Source of the DNA: Marsupella aquatica | Lineage: Eukaryota > Plantae > Marchantiophyta | Length of the DNA stretch: 64,000 nucleotides | Assembly: GCA_973895155.1 (NCBI GenBank) | Contig: OZ316893.1 | Coordinates: 26,958,798-27,022,797 of the forward strand | Direction: 5' to 3' | In this document: positions 40,101 to 53,900 of the stretch, in pieces | How the letters are laid out: every line of letters starts with the position of its first letter | Numbering within the stretch: the stretch's first letter is position 1 | Notes under the pieces: generated by a model | Seen by the model: only the letters and a program-made list of their open reading frames with translations | The model's database searches: none | What the model was told of the DNA's origin: nothing | Made by a program: the position numbers and the translations under genes

Positions 40101-42805
40101 AAAATATCCTAATGTGGTGGTTTCAAGAGATCACACCTGGCTCTCCATTATCAAAGTTGGTGATTCCTAAAGACTACGTGGATGAAGGCATGAGACTCTA
40201 ATGTAATCCAGGTGCTTTGACTCTCTTGTTGTTTTACTTAAAACATCCTCATGTGGTGGGGCCAAGAGGTCACATCTGGCTGAGAAAGAGTCAAGTTGGT
40301 GGGTCCTCAAGACCATGTGGATGAAGGTGTAATGAATCATACTACTTAGTAAACTTACACAGAAAGACTTCCACCAAACTCTAGAAAACATGCACACATA
40401 CATAGAGGCTTACAACAATAGTAGGTGAACTTGTGATGACAAAATTCCAATCCCACCTTCATGCGCCAAGACAGAAATGGGCACGAAGCACATTGAGGCC
40501 CACACATGATACAAACCTGTCTTTGGAAAGCTCAACTCCAAAGAATCAGCCTTTCAAGCCTCCCCTAAGGTCCTCTCATAATCCAAAAGACTAATGAGAA
40601 GAGAGATATCACATGCACACCTAAGGGAGGTGACCTTCACACACAAGCCACCACAAGCAATATCGGCCATCACCGAATCTACTTGGTCACAATATGCTGA
40701 ATAATAGGGTTTTGAGCAATGAGGTTTCAAATAGGTTCTGGAGCCAATTAATTCCTATAATACAAGGTCCTGACTATTTTAGCAGTGGTTGTCAAATGTT
40801 TTTTGGAAGGAACCAAAGCAAGGAGAAAACACAAAGAACTGGGAAAAGGAAAAGAGGAAACAGTTTTACACATTGACATCTTTGTATAAGAGCATCTTAT
40901 GCATTGACATCTTTCATGCCATATCATCTTTGGTGCAAAGCACAGGTAATGAGATAATTTCTACAATACAATTGCATAAAATAAGTTATGGGGCCATTTT
41001 AGGGGCCTCATCACCTTCGTTGCAAATGACCACACAAGACAGGTCACCACATTAAAGCATTTTCGGGCCCCATCACTTTCGGGCCAATGACCTGCTAAGA
41101 CAGGTCACCCCATTAAAGCCACGGTATGACCTGGAAAATGTTTACCATATTAATTGGCATATCATGCTTCCCATGATTGCTGATCTGCCTCTTCTAATGG
41201 AAGCACCCTTATAGCCAAGAAGAGAATAGCCTGGAAGTGTTCAAGACTGTTGCATGTAATGATGAGCAGGTGTTCTCCACTTGGGGTGACAGCAGAGTAA
41301 TGTTAAAGATTTTCCCTTTTCAGCTCCCTTTTCAGCTCGGGTGGTGAAGGTCTCCTCGTGTGTGAGGGAGAAGATGCTAACTAGATTAAAACCATGTAGA
41401 TAACTGGCTAGTCGAAGACAAAAACCTGGTTAACTTAGTGAGGTTGAATTTGGCAAGTTTTGCAGCTCAAAAAACACTGGGTGAGAGTTCAACAAGAGTA
41501 AGATGGGTGTGCAAGAGAGGCTTTGAACTTGAGACCTCCCAATCCATAACGCTGGGTAGTACACCAATTTTAAGCACATCAATAGGGGTCTTGAGCAGGG
41601 CAGCGCAATCGGACAGCACATGGAGCAAGTCCCAATAAAGCTCGTGAACCCATGAATGCTTGTCTATTACTTGAGCCAGACCTATCGTTGATTTTTGGAT
41701 GTCAGATTATCCCAAAGCTCGTAAATGAGCATAGGTGGGACCCCTATCCTCAACTGTCCACTACTCAAGGTTTCATTGAGTCTGGAAGCTGCGTGAACAG
41801 ATCTCTTGCACATTTAAGTAAGGGGGGCTTTACAAGATGGTGGGGGCTGTTCAGTTTCTCTCCATTGATAGCAAAGATGATGGCCATTTACTTCCATAAA
41901 AGTTAAAATGCCCGAGCCAAAATGTGTCAGGTTTGGAAGTAATTAATGTAATTCCCTGAAGATAAGTGACCGTTTGCTCCAAGTTTTTAGACCACCTCAA
42001 GAGTAGGTCTAAGTTTTTGACAAAAAAGCTTGCACACCTCAGGAAAAAAAGGGACTCACAAGGGGCCCACTGACAGATGACTATGTTCTGTAATGCTTTT
42101 GGTTCATTGTGCCCCCAAGTTCATGTAAAGTGAAGTGTGGCCAGTTCCCACATATGAATGGCTAGGATTGCATCTTTCACCTAGAAAAAAATTGAATTGC
42201 TGCCCCCAAGTTCTTGTAAAGCCACCCTAAGCATAGTGCATTAGAACTGGCTGCAAATAGACAGAATCTGGGGTTCAAGCCTGTCATTAACAAAATGTTA
42301 GGAATTCCCCTCCCAAAGGTGGAGTACACTGACCCCCAGGGTGTATGTTTCAGGAAGATCCAAATGCATGGAATTAAGTTAGGGAAGTGCATTCGTACAT
42401 GCTGTAGTGCATTATAAGTGAGCGATGGACACTCAACCTACAATTGACTGAGCGCTTTGGAACATCAAGATTAACCTCAGGGCTTGAAGTTGGGTGGTCA
42501 GCTAGGGCCGTTGTCCACTCTACTACGTTGGTGTAAGTCCAGGACGACACGCTGCCCAATCAACCTAGAAGCAAGCCTCACACAAGACACGCAACACAAC
42601 AAACACAACAACAGAAGTTGGCTGTTGGGATTTGAACCATGGTATGGGAGAGCAGACTCTCACGAGCTTCCACTAAGCCATTAGTAAAACTTATCTTTGT
42701 TGTATCTTCTCTAAGCCTACATTTTTGGGTCCCTCGTACACTTTGCCTTGCCGAGACTATCATATGATAGCCATTGCTAATAAGTGATTTTCCTGGGGTC
42801 CAGAA

Positions 42806-43036
42806 CAGCCTTTTCTGTGGCAAAAATTAGTCAAATTGACTAGTATTTTTCTGTCTCATGAGCCAGTGTCCCTAATCACAAGCTCCATTAGCCAGAATCT
42901 AAGGGTCATCCTTAAACCTAAGGAGATCTGAAGATTAGGAAAATAATCAGATAAAAAATATTTTGAGCATCTTCTCCTTCACACACTGGACATTGACCAC
43001 TCTACAGAAAGAAGTAAACTGGTTAAAAATACAATG
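42806..43036 (+). mobile_element. MITE family copy with an internal deletion
   Basis: High similarity to 36916-37193 (ctagtatttttctgtctcat; ccattagccagaatctaa; atattttgagcatctt; cacactggacattg). Confidence 0.75.
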
Positions 43037-43915
43037 GTCAAGAAAAGTAAGGGTGGCTATACAGAAAGTTGGGCCCTTCGATTCTTTATATTTTTTCTTT
43101 CACGACAATATATTTGGACCTCAAAATGAGTGAAAAAGGATGTAGTTGACTTTAACATAATTGGATGGCCCATTCGAGTATGGTGTGGTTTGAATACTAA
43201 ATGACAAGTGGTGGTCCCAAATAATTTGAATACTACATGACAAGTGGTGGACCCAAATAAATGATATGAATTGTTCATTTTGTCTCGAATTCAAGACCAT
43301 CTCCAAAGGTGATCCAAACATTTCCAAAAGTTTATTCCTTTATTTAAAGGTTTGCATTTATTGAATTTTATTTTACAAATTATGAAGTCTATCTTTATTT
43401 ATAACAAGATGTGGCCCTGCAATTGGCCATGGTTATCAAAAGTGCCTCCACTTCGCGTAAAGTCACCCGAGGGTAATTACAGTACTATTCAGTGGCTTTG
43501 AAGCAAGCAATCAAGAACTCAATTGGTCCAACAAGCAAGGAAGGAAGCGTGAGTGTCAATCCTGCCGAGGTCTTATCCGATGCAAATAATAATCATTCCG
43601 GTCAAGTTATAGAAGTGCGTGCTAGCCTTTTGTTTTGTTTTGGCCTGGGGTAAAGTTATCCTTGTCAAGATTTTAAAGAAGAGGAAGGACTAGTGGCTCG
43701 CCTGCCTACTCACCGTCTGACGGCCTGCCTCGACCCAGTCGACGACCGGCTGCCGCCCGTGTCCGCTTGCATGCCGTCTGTCCGACCCCTGCAGAAACGA
43801 AGAAAAGCGTGAGAGCCGATGACCGGCTCGCTCGGTGGGCTACCGACCTACAAGGAGCGAAGGACTGACACGACAGTAGTAGAGTAAAATACTTGATATT
43901 CCCGAAGCAGGCCGA

Positions 43916-44092
43916 ACGTATTCTTTAAGTGCGAAAATTCGTCAGTCTCACCCCCACTTTAGACTGATGCTAGTTTTTGCTACAACTAGCCAGTTCTCGC
44001 CTAGATGTAGACCCTACGAAGTACAATCTGACGGTCATCAATAAATCTCAGTAAGATCTAAGTGTAATAAATCAATCCGTAAAAAATACAGT
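43916..44092 (+). mobile_element. Old MITE family copy in the region upstream of the kinase leader
   Basis: taagtgcgaa, aatctgacggtcatcaataaatct and aaaaaatacag match the family. Confidence 0.5.
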
Positions 44093-44329
44093 AGATAAGG
44101 AGTATTCGCGTTGTCTTCTATTCACCAGGGGGACATGGTGAAAAAGGGAATAAAAAAGAGACTGGGCAGGAAGCATACGACCGGACCCGTGTGTCCCGCC
44201 CTGACCGGTGCAGAAGATCTTACCGCGGGGAATATTCCCAGCCACCTGTCTTGCCACTGCGGCCTTGTGGGAGTTGTGGGTAAGAGTGAAAGAATCAGAC
44301 TGTCATCATCCAGATAATTATTCTGTCGT

Positions 44330-44600
44330 TGATTGGGCGGTCGTGTCGGGTCGGGTCGGGTCGGGTCGGGTCGGGTCGGTCCCGTCCACGTCCCTGTGCT
44401 TCCTGCTGTGGTCGTCTGTAGAAGATAACTGCAGTTGGCTGACGACGTCGACGACGACGACGACGACGACTCGCGATTGACTGACTACGCCGCTACTACG
44501 GTGCGCCGGTCCGACGGTAAAAGTGGCGTGAGTTTTTTTAACTGCTGCTGCTGCGTGAGCGAAGTGACGAAAGAGGAGAGGAGAGGAGAGGAGAGGAGAA
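44330..44600 (+). promoter_or_regulatory. CpG-rich probable transcript start/5' leader of the kinase gene with microsatellites (GGGTC)n, (GAC)n, (GAGAG)n
   Basis: Simple repeats at ~44348-44381, 44440-44470 and 44573-44598; donor-like ggc|gtgagt ~44528; GT-rich non-coding DNA follows. Confidence 0.4.
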
Positions 44601-46636
44601 TTGCGGGGGCGCGTGTTGTGGTGGTTTTTCTCGTTGTCGTTGTTCATTTGGATGTCGGAAAGCTGCGTTTAGCTTAGTTGGGTGGCTTGTTGGTTTGGCG
44701 GCCTGGCCCGCCTGCGTCTGGCCTGTTTGCCGCCTTTGCGCTTTGAGCAAAGAAAGGTGCTGAAGAATTCAAGAGAGGAGGGGGGAGGAGACTTTCCTGG
44801 CTCCGGATTTTGTGGCGAGGAAGGATTGGGAGGGGAGGTAAAGTTGTGTCTGACTACTTGCCTGCTGCCTTGGTGCTTTTTCTTTGAACAGGAGGGGCGG
44901 TAGGGCCGATTGACTCAGCGAGGGCCTGATTTGGTGAGGGGAGGCGAGGTGAGGTGAGATGGTGTCGTCCAGTGATCCATAATTGCTCGATTCCGGTGGA
45001 GGGGGGGGGACACGCCGCCCGTGCTGCTTTTGCTGCTGCCTTTGACCCCTGGGAATGCGAGATGGTCTTGGTTGGCTGCTGGTGTTGGCGGTTCTTTTTT
45101 TGGACTGCTCCTCTTCCTTCCATAGGTTCTAGCAGGAGGGAGGAATTTCTTTGGTGTATGTCGTGCGTCGTGATTGCGACACTTTCCTCGTCTCCGCTTT
45201 CGAGTCTCTTGTTCCCTCCCTCAGAGATGGCTTGCTACGTCCGGGGTCAGAGTGTCGAAAGAAAAAATAATTGTCCGAGGGACGACAGCTACCTTTTGTT
45301 CATGCGCACGTAGCGTAGCGGAGCGGTTGAGATGGATTATCTTGTCGGGCGGCCAAGGGGAATGTGTTCGAGGGGGATGAGCAGCAGCGGAGCTCGTTTT
45401 CATCCCCTGTGCACGGTTAACGGCGTGCGAGAAGTGGGGCGTATCAATCATGTAGCTATTGACGGGAGAATGTGGAAGCAAGACAGGTTGTGACCTGTAC
45501 AACAATGCCTGAGCAGAGAGTAGAACAGAGCCACGGAAGCGCGGATGAATCAGATGCGTGTGAGGGTCAGCATTGCTGTTGGCATGATGAGAGTCACGAG
45601 ATAGGATTCGCAAAGTAGTGCGAATTTGTCAATTTTCTGGTGAAGCAGGGGATGATTAATTGATTGCTACGCTGCTGCGGCTAGCGACTCGCACCTACTC
45701 ACCTCGTTCAAGATCCGGACCATGAGCTGCACAGTCTGCCCCTGACGAGCTGATGAATGGGGGAGAGGAAAGGGAATCGGTAGACAGTTGCCCTGGATGT
45801 CCGAGTTTCTTTCTAGAATCAAGGCCCGCCTTGAAACCGGCCAGCATCTCAACTCTACTTCATCCGAAGACCCAGGTCCTTTCTCCTCTTTTTTCTCTTT
45901 CCCTTTGTCCGGTCAGCAGCCCGCACCATACTATGTAGACCTGTACTATTCTTTAAAATCGAAACAATCGATTGCGCGGTTCGGTCGTTGGAAGTGCCAC
46001 ATCTGTTACGTACCGTTTGTATGTGGCGGCGCAGAAATGGTAGTCGAAATCCTGAAGCCCTTAAAATCAAATATGAGAATTGGGAAATTCCTTCGCTTGA
46101 AACCTTCGTGAGCCATTGTAGATCTCTTGAGTATCGACAGATCTGCTTGCAAAAGAACTAGTAGCCAATAACGTCGCGCATAGCGTCCGAAGCTGCAGAA
46201 TTAATTTTCACCTTCTTTGGTGAAACCTTCTATCCTGCATTCTTACATTCTTCGTCCCCTTTTTGGCGTTTCCGAAGCTCCGACTCTTGGCTCTTCATCT
46301 CCGTTTCCCGTGTTCCGACTTTTGGATCTTCGTCTACTTAGGACGGGACCGTTCTTGAATCTCCTGTTGTGAAAGCTCGAGGAACAGCGCACGACGGCTT
46401 GTATTGGAAACTCACCGTACCTGGCAGGTGGAGACTCTGCGAGCTCAGAGCACTGCGTGAATGACATCTTTGCAGTCAATTGTTCTCTTCCCGCGAGTGG
46501 CATGGACTCGGCGGGATGAACCTATCAGCAGCAAGAATGGCCGGAACGCCCAGTAATGCGTTCCGTAGAGAATGTTGGCAGGAGGTTTACCTTCCAGGCC
46601 CAAGCCGGGAGATCCCCGGCGAAATTACCCTGGAGA

Positions 46637-46815
46637 TTTCCTTTAACCCGATTGAGACAATCGCTGCTAGTGGATTTCTCCTCCAGAGCACTGAATCATT
46701 TCAAAAGCCCAGTGGGCATCTCAGTTTTCCTTTAACCCGATTGAGACAATCGCTGCTAGTGGATTTCTCTTCCAGAGCACTGAATCATTTCAAAAGCCCA
46801 GTGGGCATCTCAGTT
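46637..46815. repeat. 90-bp tandem duplication (one mismatch)
   Basis: tttcctttaacccgattgagacaatcgctgctagtggatttctc(c/t)tccagagcactgaatcatttcaaaagcccagtgggcatctcagtt x2. Confidence 0.92.
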
Positions 46816-47962
46816 GTAAATTGAGCTTCTAATTGCTTCGTCCTGTTTAAATACTAGGCATTTGGCAGAGCACATTGTCTGTTCATCACAAACCAGGAGT
46901 TTGCCACAATTCTCGCGCTTGCTCCTGGGGGACGAACATTCTCAAAGGTTGAGCCGCTTTTGCAATCTAAGTTCGGGAGGGTACCTGGTGGGCACCGTAA
47001 TTTAGCTATGCCCTTCCCCCTGAGAAAAACATATGCCACACTATACATTATCAGAGCTGGAGAATCGAGTCAGAAACTCATCAATATTGTACCCGCTTTT
47101 TGTCTTTGACCGATGATTACAACAACACAACCTTTCCTTGACACTTTTAGCTTTATCTATATTGTTTGCGAAGAGCCGTTCTCTGGGCCAAGAACGCTCC
47201 ATGCGTTGAATGGATGCGTATCAGAGCTGTCCCTGCTTCTTCACACTCAATCCCATTTTCGAAGGTGTTGAACCTAATCTATTATTTAACGTTGTTAACG
47301 GGGAGTGGTGGTATATGCTGCACATCTTTTCTTCACGACTCTCTTTTCTTAAAGCAGGGAACAAGAAGAAGAAAGACGCTCCGTACAATCAACGGTTTTT
47401 TCTTCGTGTTCTCAACGAATTCTCGTAAATGGACAAGTCTTTGGAGGTTTACCCTGCAATTCGAAAATTAATTCGTGGATGGAGCATATTGTCTGATGAT
47501 ATAGTACCTCTGTGGCTTAGACACGAGCCTCTTTGAACCCTAGGCTACACCTTACCGCATCAGTTTCTCTGCACAGAGGTGGGGAGAATCCGTGGATTGT
47601 GCGAACAACCTTTGACTTTAGGAAGATGGAATCGTCCTGCGAATATTTGGCTCTCTTTTCTCTGACCTTCAATCAATCTTTCGTCTCCTGTGCAGGATGG
47701 GTAAGAGTAGTGGTGGCGAGCATTGGGAAAGTAAGCTTTCTTTTCCGCGCCTTGGAAGGAGTTGTATGAGAGAACCTTGTAACGCTTTTTTTTCTATCTG
47801 TAATCTACTATAATAGTGATTGCGTCGCCCTATCTCTTATGTATATGGTCTGGAAGAGAAACCATCTTCTCTTTTTCTGGTTTAACTTCGTGATATTTTT
47901 AAACCATTGGATTCTGTTCGAAACCCTCAGAAATTCGATCTGAACTATCTTCGTGATCTCAG

Positions 47963-50900
47963 GACCGACAGGAGACCCAAGACAGCCTGAAGAGGGAAGC
48001 TGCCTCTCCAGAGGTGATAAACGGCTGGCAGACAGATCTGGTACAGAGGATGAAGGTGGTAGGATTTGGTTCTCAAGATGGGAAAGATTTGCCACTCAAT
48101 TTGACGTTATCAGGGGGCAGTAACGATTCAGATGATATTTCACCTCGAAGAGCCTCACAAAGACTCTGGGAGACGGGAACTCTCGAGTCAAGGATACCCA
48201 ACGGATTTTACTCTGTTGTTCCTGTGAGTTTTATGGCAATGCTATATACGCTCCTCACCTTGCTCTCGATTTTAGTAGTATTTCAGCCAGCTGGTCGCTG
48301 GGAACGTTATTATCGTGGATTGGATACAGATATCTGTTTAAAGACGTATAAATTAGTTGACTACTGATGCCTTCCACCCAATTTCCTCGGTCTGTACAGA
48401 ATAGAAACTCTAGAATCTGATCAAGTGAGCTTCAATTGCTGCCGTTGGGACTAGGCTGCTTGTTAAGGAGTTCTAATGTCGTACGGGTGTGGCCACGCTG
48501 TCGGGTCTCGATGGACTTTCCGGGTCTAAAATACTTAGCCATGGTCTAAGGTTGGAGATGGGTGGCCGAGAAACAATCATTAAATTTGGTAGATTATATG
48601 GTTTGAGAGTGCTTCTGTCATGAAGCCTGATGGTTCTAACTAATGGCGGGCGTAGACTAAGCCTTGCTGAAATTGCTACGTGGTCCTATCAGAAATAGTT
48701 CAATAAATCTTCTTGTCCCCTTCTTGGAAATGTGTTAGAATTTGCTTCACCGGCAAACTGACGATACCTACTTGTGCAATTGTTGCAGAGTAAGAATCTG
48801 AAAGCTCGGTTTAAGACCATTCCAAGTTTTGATGAACTGAAAAGTTTGGGAGCAGAAAGTTTCACAGCAAATGTATTGGTGGTTGATGCAAACGAGGACA
48901 AAATATTAGCCAGATTAAGGGAACTAGCGGTATCCTCTGTGAAGAATACTGAAACAAGTCCGCCAGTTATAATAAAGATGATAGCGGACATGGTGAGTTT
49001 TTATCTCTGATATCCAGTTGCTACTTATATCTAGTGCCTTACTTTCTCTTCTTCTTGGGTCAATGCATATGAAGCTCATAAGTACTTGTATCAACTTTTC
49101 CTCGTGGAGAGTCCTCTGCTACGAAGACTGGAAGAAGACCCACGTTTTTGCTTTAGTATAATAATCGATGTTCTTTGGATACTTCTCCAAGTAATTTTCA
49201 ATTTCAGGAAGTTTCCAACTATAGCTTTTCCTTCCTAGCAGCCGCTATTTTTCGCAAAAGTTGGATGTTTCCCTTATTGACAAGAGCTGAGCAACCAAAC
49301 GGATGTCTACCTTAAAAGTTTATACAACCAAGAAGATAGCTGTTCGGTCTGCTCATGTTAACTTAGACCTTATACACGACAGTGACTCGCTCTTTAGTGT
49401 ATCTGTGAGAAGGCCTGAGACTAAATGTACGTTGCAATTAATCAAGAATTGGTCATTCTGGGAGGCAGGTTGCAGACTTCTATGGTGGTCCTTTATTTGA
49501 AGCAGGCGTTTTCAAGCACCCAGTGGATGAAACTCTTGCGACGTCGTCTCCTCAGCTTTTGGGCCACATTAAAGTTGGAATGTGCCGTCCGCGTGCTCTA
49601 CTGTTCAAATTTCTGGGAGATGCCGTTGGGCTGCACAGCCGACTTCTGATGGTAAGGATGATTATCCACTTGTTCCTTCAAATTTTCGAAGCGTATGTAT
49701 AGTCTGAGATGCAATATCTCGTAGGCTATTTGGGCGTTATTCTTGACGTAAATTGCGCAAAACCTCAGAGGCGCTCGAGCTCGCGAGTAACCAAGGCGAA
49801 GGAAGTAGTGATCTTCCCAGGTTAATAGACAAGGCGCATCTCATCAATCTATACAAGTAACATTGTGGAGATGGACTGTTTCGCAGTTGTTGTACAGTAA
49901 ACATTGCGATCGAATTCATGGTTTTCGTCTTTGTTGAACACAGGGTCTGCAATTGGAGGCAGTTTCAAGCAGCTCGCTTATTTGTGCCAATCCAAACAAG
50001 CATCTTTCAAATATTGTGTGCTTGAATGATATGGAACTGCTCGTCGATGTCACACGGCATCCGGGTCATTTGAGACCATTTTCAAGAAAAGCTTTGATAA
50101 TGTATCATATCTCGGGAGCAGGCGACAGTGATTCTGCGGACTATGATTCGTGTGACTCGCCTTTAGAGCCAAACAGCCCACTCTTTGGCTATCCAGACAG
50201 ACCGGACTCTGAGAGGTAATATAGTTAAAGCTTTTCGGCTTGTTCAAATTGTTCATGGCTCCTATAGATTGCAGATCAATGGAAGTATTATAATTCGACT
50301 CTGTTTCTGGTCTATCCTGTGCGTAAACTAAGTGGGGTAGACAAATGAGTGTTTTGATGATAGTGTCTCCAGCTTGGTGAAGGTAAATTTTTGGGGATTT
50401 GCGCCCTTTACCTCTTGATGCACTGTGGTCACTGGATAGCAACACATAGAAAAGAAAGGGATCCTTTGCGAACATGAGCCCAGTGTAACCGGTTAATTGT
50501 AGGGCTGCTCAGAAATGTTATTGATTGGTCCCAGCGAATTCCACCGTTAGTATTCTCGTCCTCTTGAGTATCACCTGCGGGCTCTAGTTCAGTCATAAGC
50601 TGCTTGGGTTGAAAGGCCCCACTACCATCATCAACAGTTAAATGCGCTGTACCTGCTGTGCTAATCACCTTCGGAGTTGTCTACGAACTAGTTAAAGCAG
50701 TGGCTACGACGTACATCCATGTAGACGAGCAGAATGGTTGCGCACCTGCTGCTATCAAAGGGAGTTTACATTTTTCCGGCGATCCTGAAAAGGATACGGA
50801 ATACATGGCTCTGGTTATTCGTTTTCAAAGATATCCTGGAAGAAAACTGAAGCGAGGGTTAGGCTTTTGGTGTAGGTGGTCGTGAAACGCTTAGGTTTTA

Positions 50901-53900
50901 ACACTCTTTTCGCTTAATTGGTTTAGTTTAGTGCATATGTCAGAATCCGGGAAATAGCATATGTTGATCCATCAATCGTTGTCGTAAGAATTCTTGTGTA
51001 GAAATTCTGCTCTCGCGAATGAAATCCCCTGTGGTGTGGCGATTTAAACAGTAGAAAATGAGTTAGTCGTATGTCCCAAAGTCCCTTGAACGACCTGTAC
51101 CAGCAGGCTATCGGCATTTAGTTCAGATCTTCATCTGATCTCAAAGGTCGTTCAACCACACGTACAACAAACACAGCCAAGAAAATCAAATAGGCCAGAA
51201 AGTAAGCGAACAAACGCAGACTCACATTTCCCAAACTCTCCTTTCATGCACAACTAAAGTACATAGCACAGATAGCTCTCTATCGCCAAAACTTGATGAC
51301 AAGTTCCCATTTGGCAAAATGGTACATCCCTGCATACTATGTTTCAGTTGATGTTCTTTTTGTATTGTGATTCTGTAAATTGTCTTGGCTGCACGTTGGT
51401 GTCTCCCGGAATGGTCTTTTTGGTTGTCCTAACCAATTTTTTAATGACCAACGTGCAGTCTGGATCACGAATTTTTGGACAGTCCTGGCAGACCACTTCA
51501 GAGAAGGCAACCTTCTCCTGTCACTGCAACTCCTATCCACACTGTGATCTTACGACTGCCTGTTGGTCAAGAGGGGAAACTGAGGTGAACTCCGGCTTTC
51601 TGGTCTTTTCTGAGTACATTTAGATGCAAACCACTGTTTGGCGTTGGCAGTGTTTGATTACTCTCATTGCTCGTACTGTATTACTGAGCATTGTAGGTGT
51701 TTACATGAAAGAAGAGTCAGCTTCTCTATAACAGAGGACTGGTGCAGTTTGATCGTTTGAGTCTGGGGATCATTTGTCCTCTGACTCGGAACCAATTTGT
51801 GCAGCTGCCTTGCCATGCTTATGTTCTGTGCATCTGATGAGGTTCCAGGTGGAAGTGTCCCGCGTCTTGGAAGTGTAATGCTTTCTGTTCATCTTATGTA
51901 TAGTTCCCCCTCCAATTTTTAGGAGAGAAAACTCAGGCTTCCGAATGCGCTCGCTAAGGGAGTCGACATTTCACTTTGGTCTTCCCGAATCTCATGTCAT
52001 TTCTCAACTAATTTGTTTGCAGTCCGTCTCGAAGTGAGCCAGACCTAGCCAATCCATACCGTAGACGCAGTCGAAGGAAGGCCATGACAAATGAGCGTGC
52101 AGCTGCCTTCAGGTGGGTTTATTCCTGGTGATGGAGGCTCACTTGATGCCGGGGAAGCTCTTTCTTTACTAGAAGATACCTTATGAGTCTCAAGCGCTTG
52201 CAAGGTAACTGGGCAATTTCTGGTGGGCACTGTTACAAGTGGACCCATTTACAAGCAAGGGGCAACTGTGAAATTGTAAGACGAGGGTGAACTGAAGCCA
52301 ATGCTATGGCAGCATTCCTCACTTTCATTTGAACATGTCAGTCATCGCAGGACCAGGCTTAAGCTTGGTTGTGGTCGGTAGGGGGCAGCATCAAAGTTGA
52401 AGCACCCATGCTTGAACTTTGGTGTAATGGAAATTTTTAGGGAGTGGATTTCTTTATTAGATACTCCCGCTTTTCCGAGAGGTTAATTTGATTTGTGTTC
52501 TCATTGGAGACATTTTCTGTTGTCTACTCGCTTCTATTCCGAGGCAGGTTTATTCTGATCCAAACTATAACGGTTGCAGGGGAATAATCTCTTTTTGGTG
52601 GTCTGTGTTGTAAACAGCCCTGAACGTCCAGTTGGATTCCAGCAGCCGATAAGGAGGTCCAACACAGAGGGGGTTCGCAGTTTTCCTTCAAGGTACGTCT
52701 GTTTCTCATAATGATCTCCAAATGCTGGATAGGGTCCTTCTGATCAGCACCCTAGCCCAGGACGATGTATGATGAGAAATCATAAAATGTTGGACGGGGT
52801 TCGTTGTTCGATCTCTGGGATTCCATACCGATGAATATGTTTCGTTCCAACCTGGCCACGCGAGTCAAGGACCTCAGTATGCATTCTTGGGGCTGCGTTC
52901 GTGTGTCGCTGTTTGCTTGGGCTTCGAAGGATAAATTCTTTGCTTCGAGCGTGAGTCACATTACAAGGCGGAAACTCTTCCTGTACACAAGGTGAAAGAA
53001 TCTTTGATCACTTACTGGAATTTCTCTTGACCATGCAGCCCAGAGCATCCGCAAGCTCGATTGAAGCCAATTTGGCGTGTTGGGTCAGAAGAAGGAAGCA
53101 TTTCTAGGTATGGTGCATACGTATCGCAAGTCACTAGGTGTAGCTTTTGCTCTTAATCAAGGAAGCATTTATTGTGCAGCCAATGGTCGGATTGGAAATA
53201 ACGTCTCCTCAAGGATGTATATGCTAAGTTTTGCGTGGATTATGTCAAGGTCAATTGCTTCTCTTGTAGCCTTCTTTTCCAAATAACTTAGATCCTCCTC
53301 AAATATATGAACAATATGCGTAAATTTTCATTGAACCTGTTGCAAAATTATTTTTTAGCTGATTGGGCAATCTTTACATGTTTATTTTTACTACATTCCT
53401 GGTGTAGGATGTGTACATCCTTTAAAACGCTTCAGTATAGCGATTCATGGTTGAGCTGGGTTCGAGACAGCAGGTTTTTTCGTCCTATTTCTGGAGGTAT
53501 GGACTGAGTTGTGTTCAATATTTGTGCAGCAGTCCTGAACATCCTACTTTCAGGGTTCGAGCACCTTCCATGCTTGGCGGGGGTAGGCGACAAGGAGGAG
53601 ACGAAGCTGACTGCAATGGTGTATCAAGGTATGAAGGTTCATCTCTCCGTCTTCCAAAAGTAAGTTTTCAACAGGTGATTTTGTCGCAGATAAGGCCACA
53701 AAATTGAACGAGAACTTTGAAATCTGATCTTACCTCCAGTTTTCAATGAAGTCTCTGTTGAGTAGGGCATTAGTTAGCGCAATCAAGTAGGATTCCATAC
53801 TTTGGCAGCAGTACACTTGTGGGGTTTCAAGTTTTGATCCTGATCGCCTACCTCTGAATTGCAGCCCCGAGCAATCACCTCAACACCTGTCGACGGTGGA

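Noticed and set aside
44072-47769. Numerous overlapping 60-130 aa ORFs in the GC-rich kinase upstream region
   Set aside because: Explained by GC content and microsatellites; no homology cues, although individual uORFs cannot be excluded.
52350-52360. ggaccaggctt match to miR166
   Set aside because: Only 11 nt, no hairpin.
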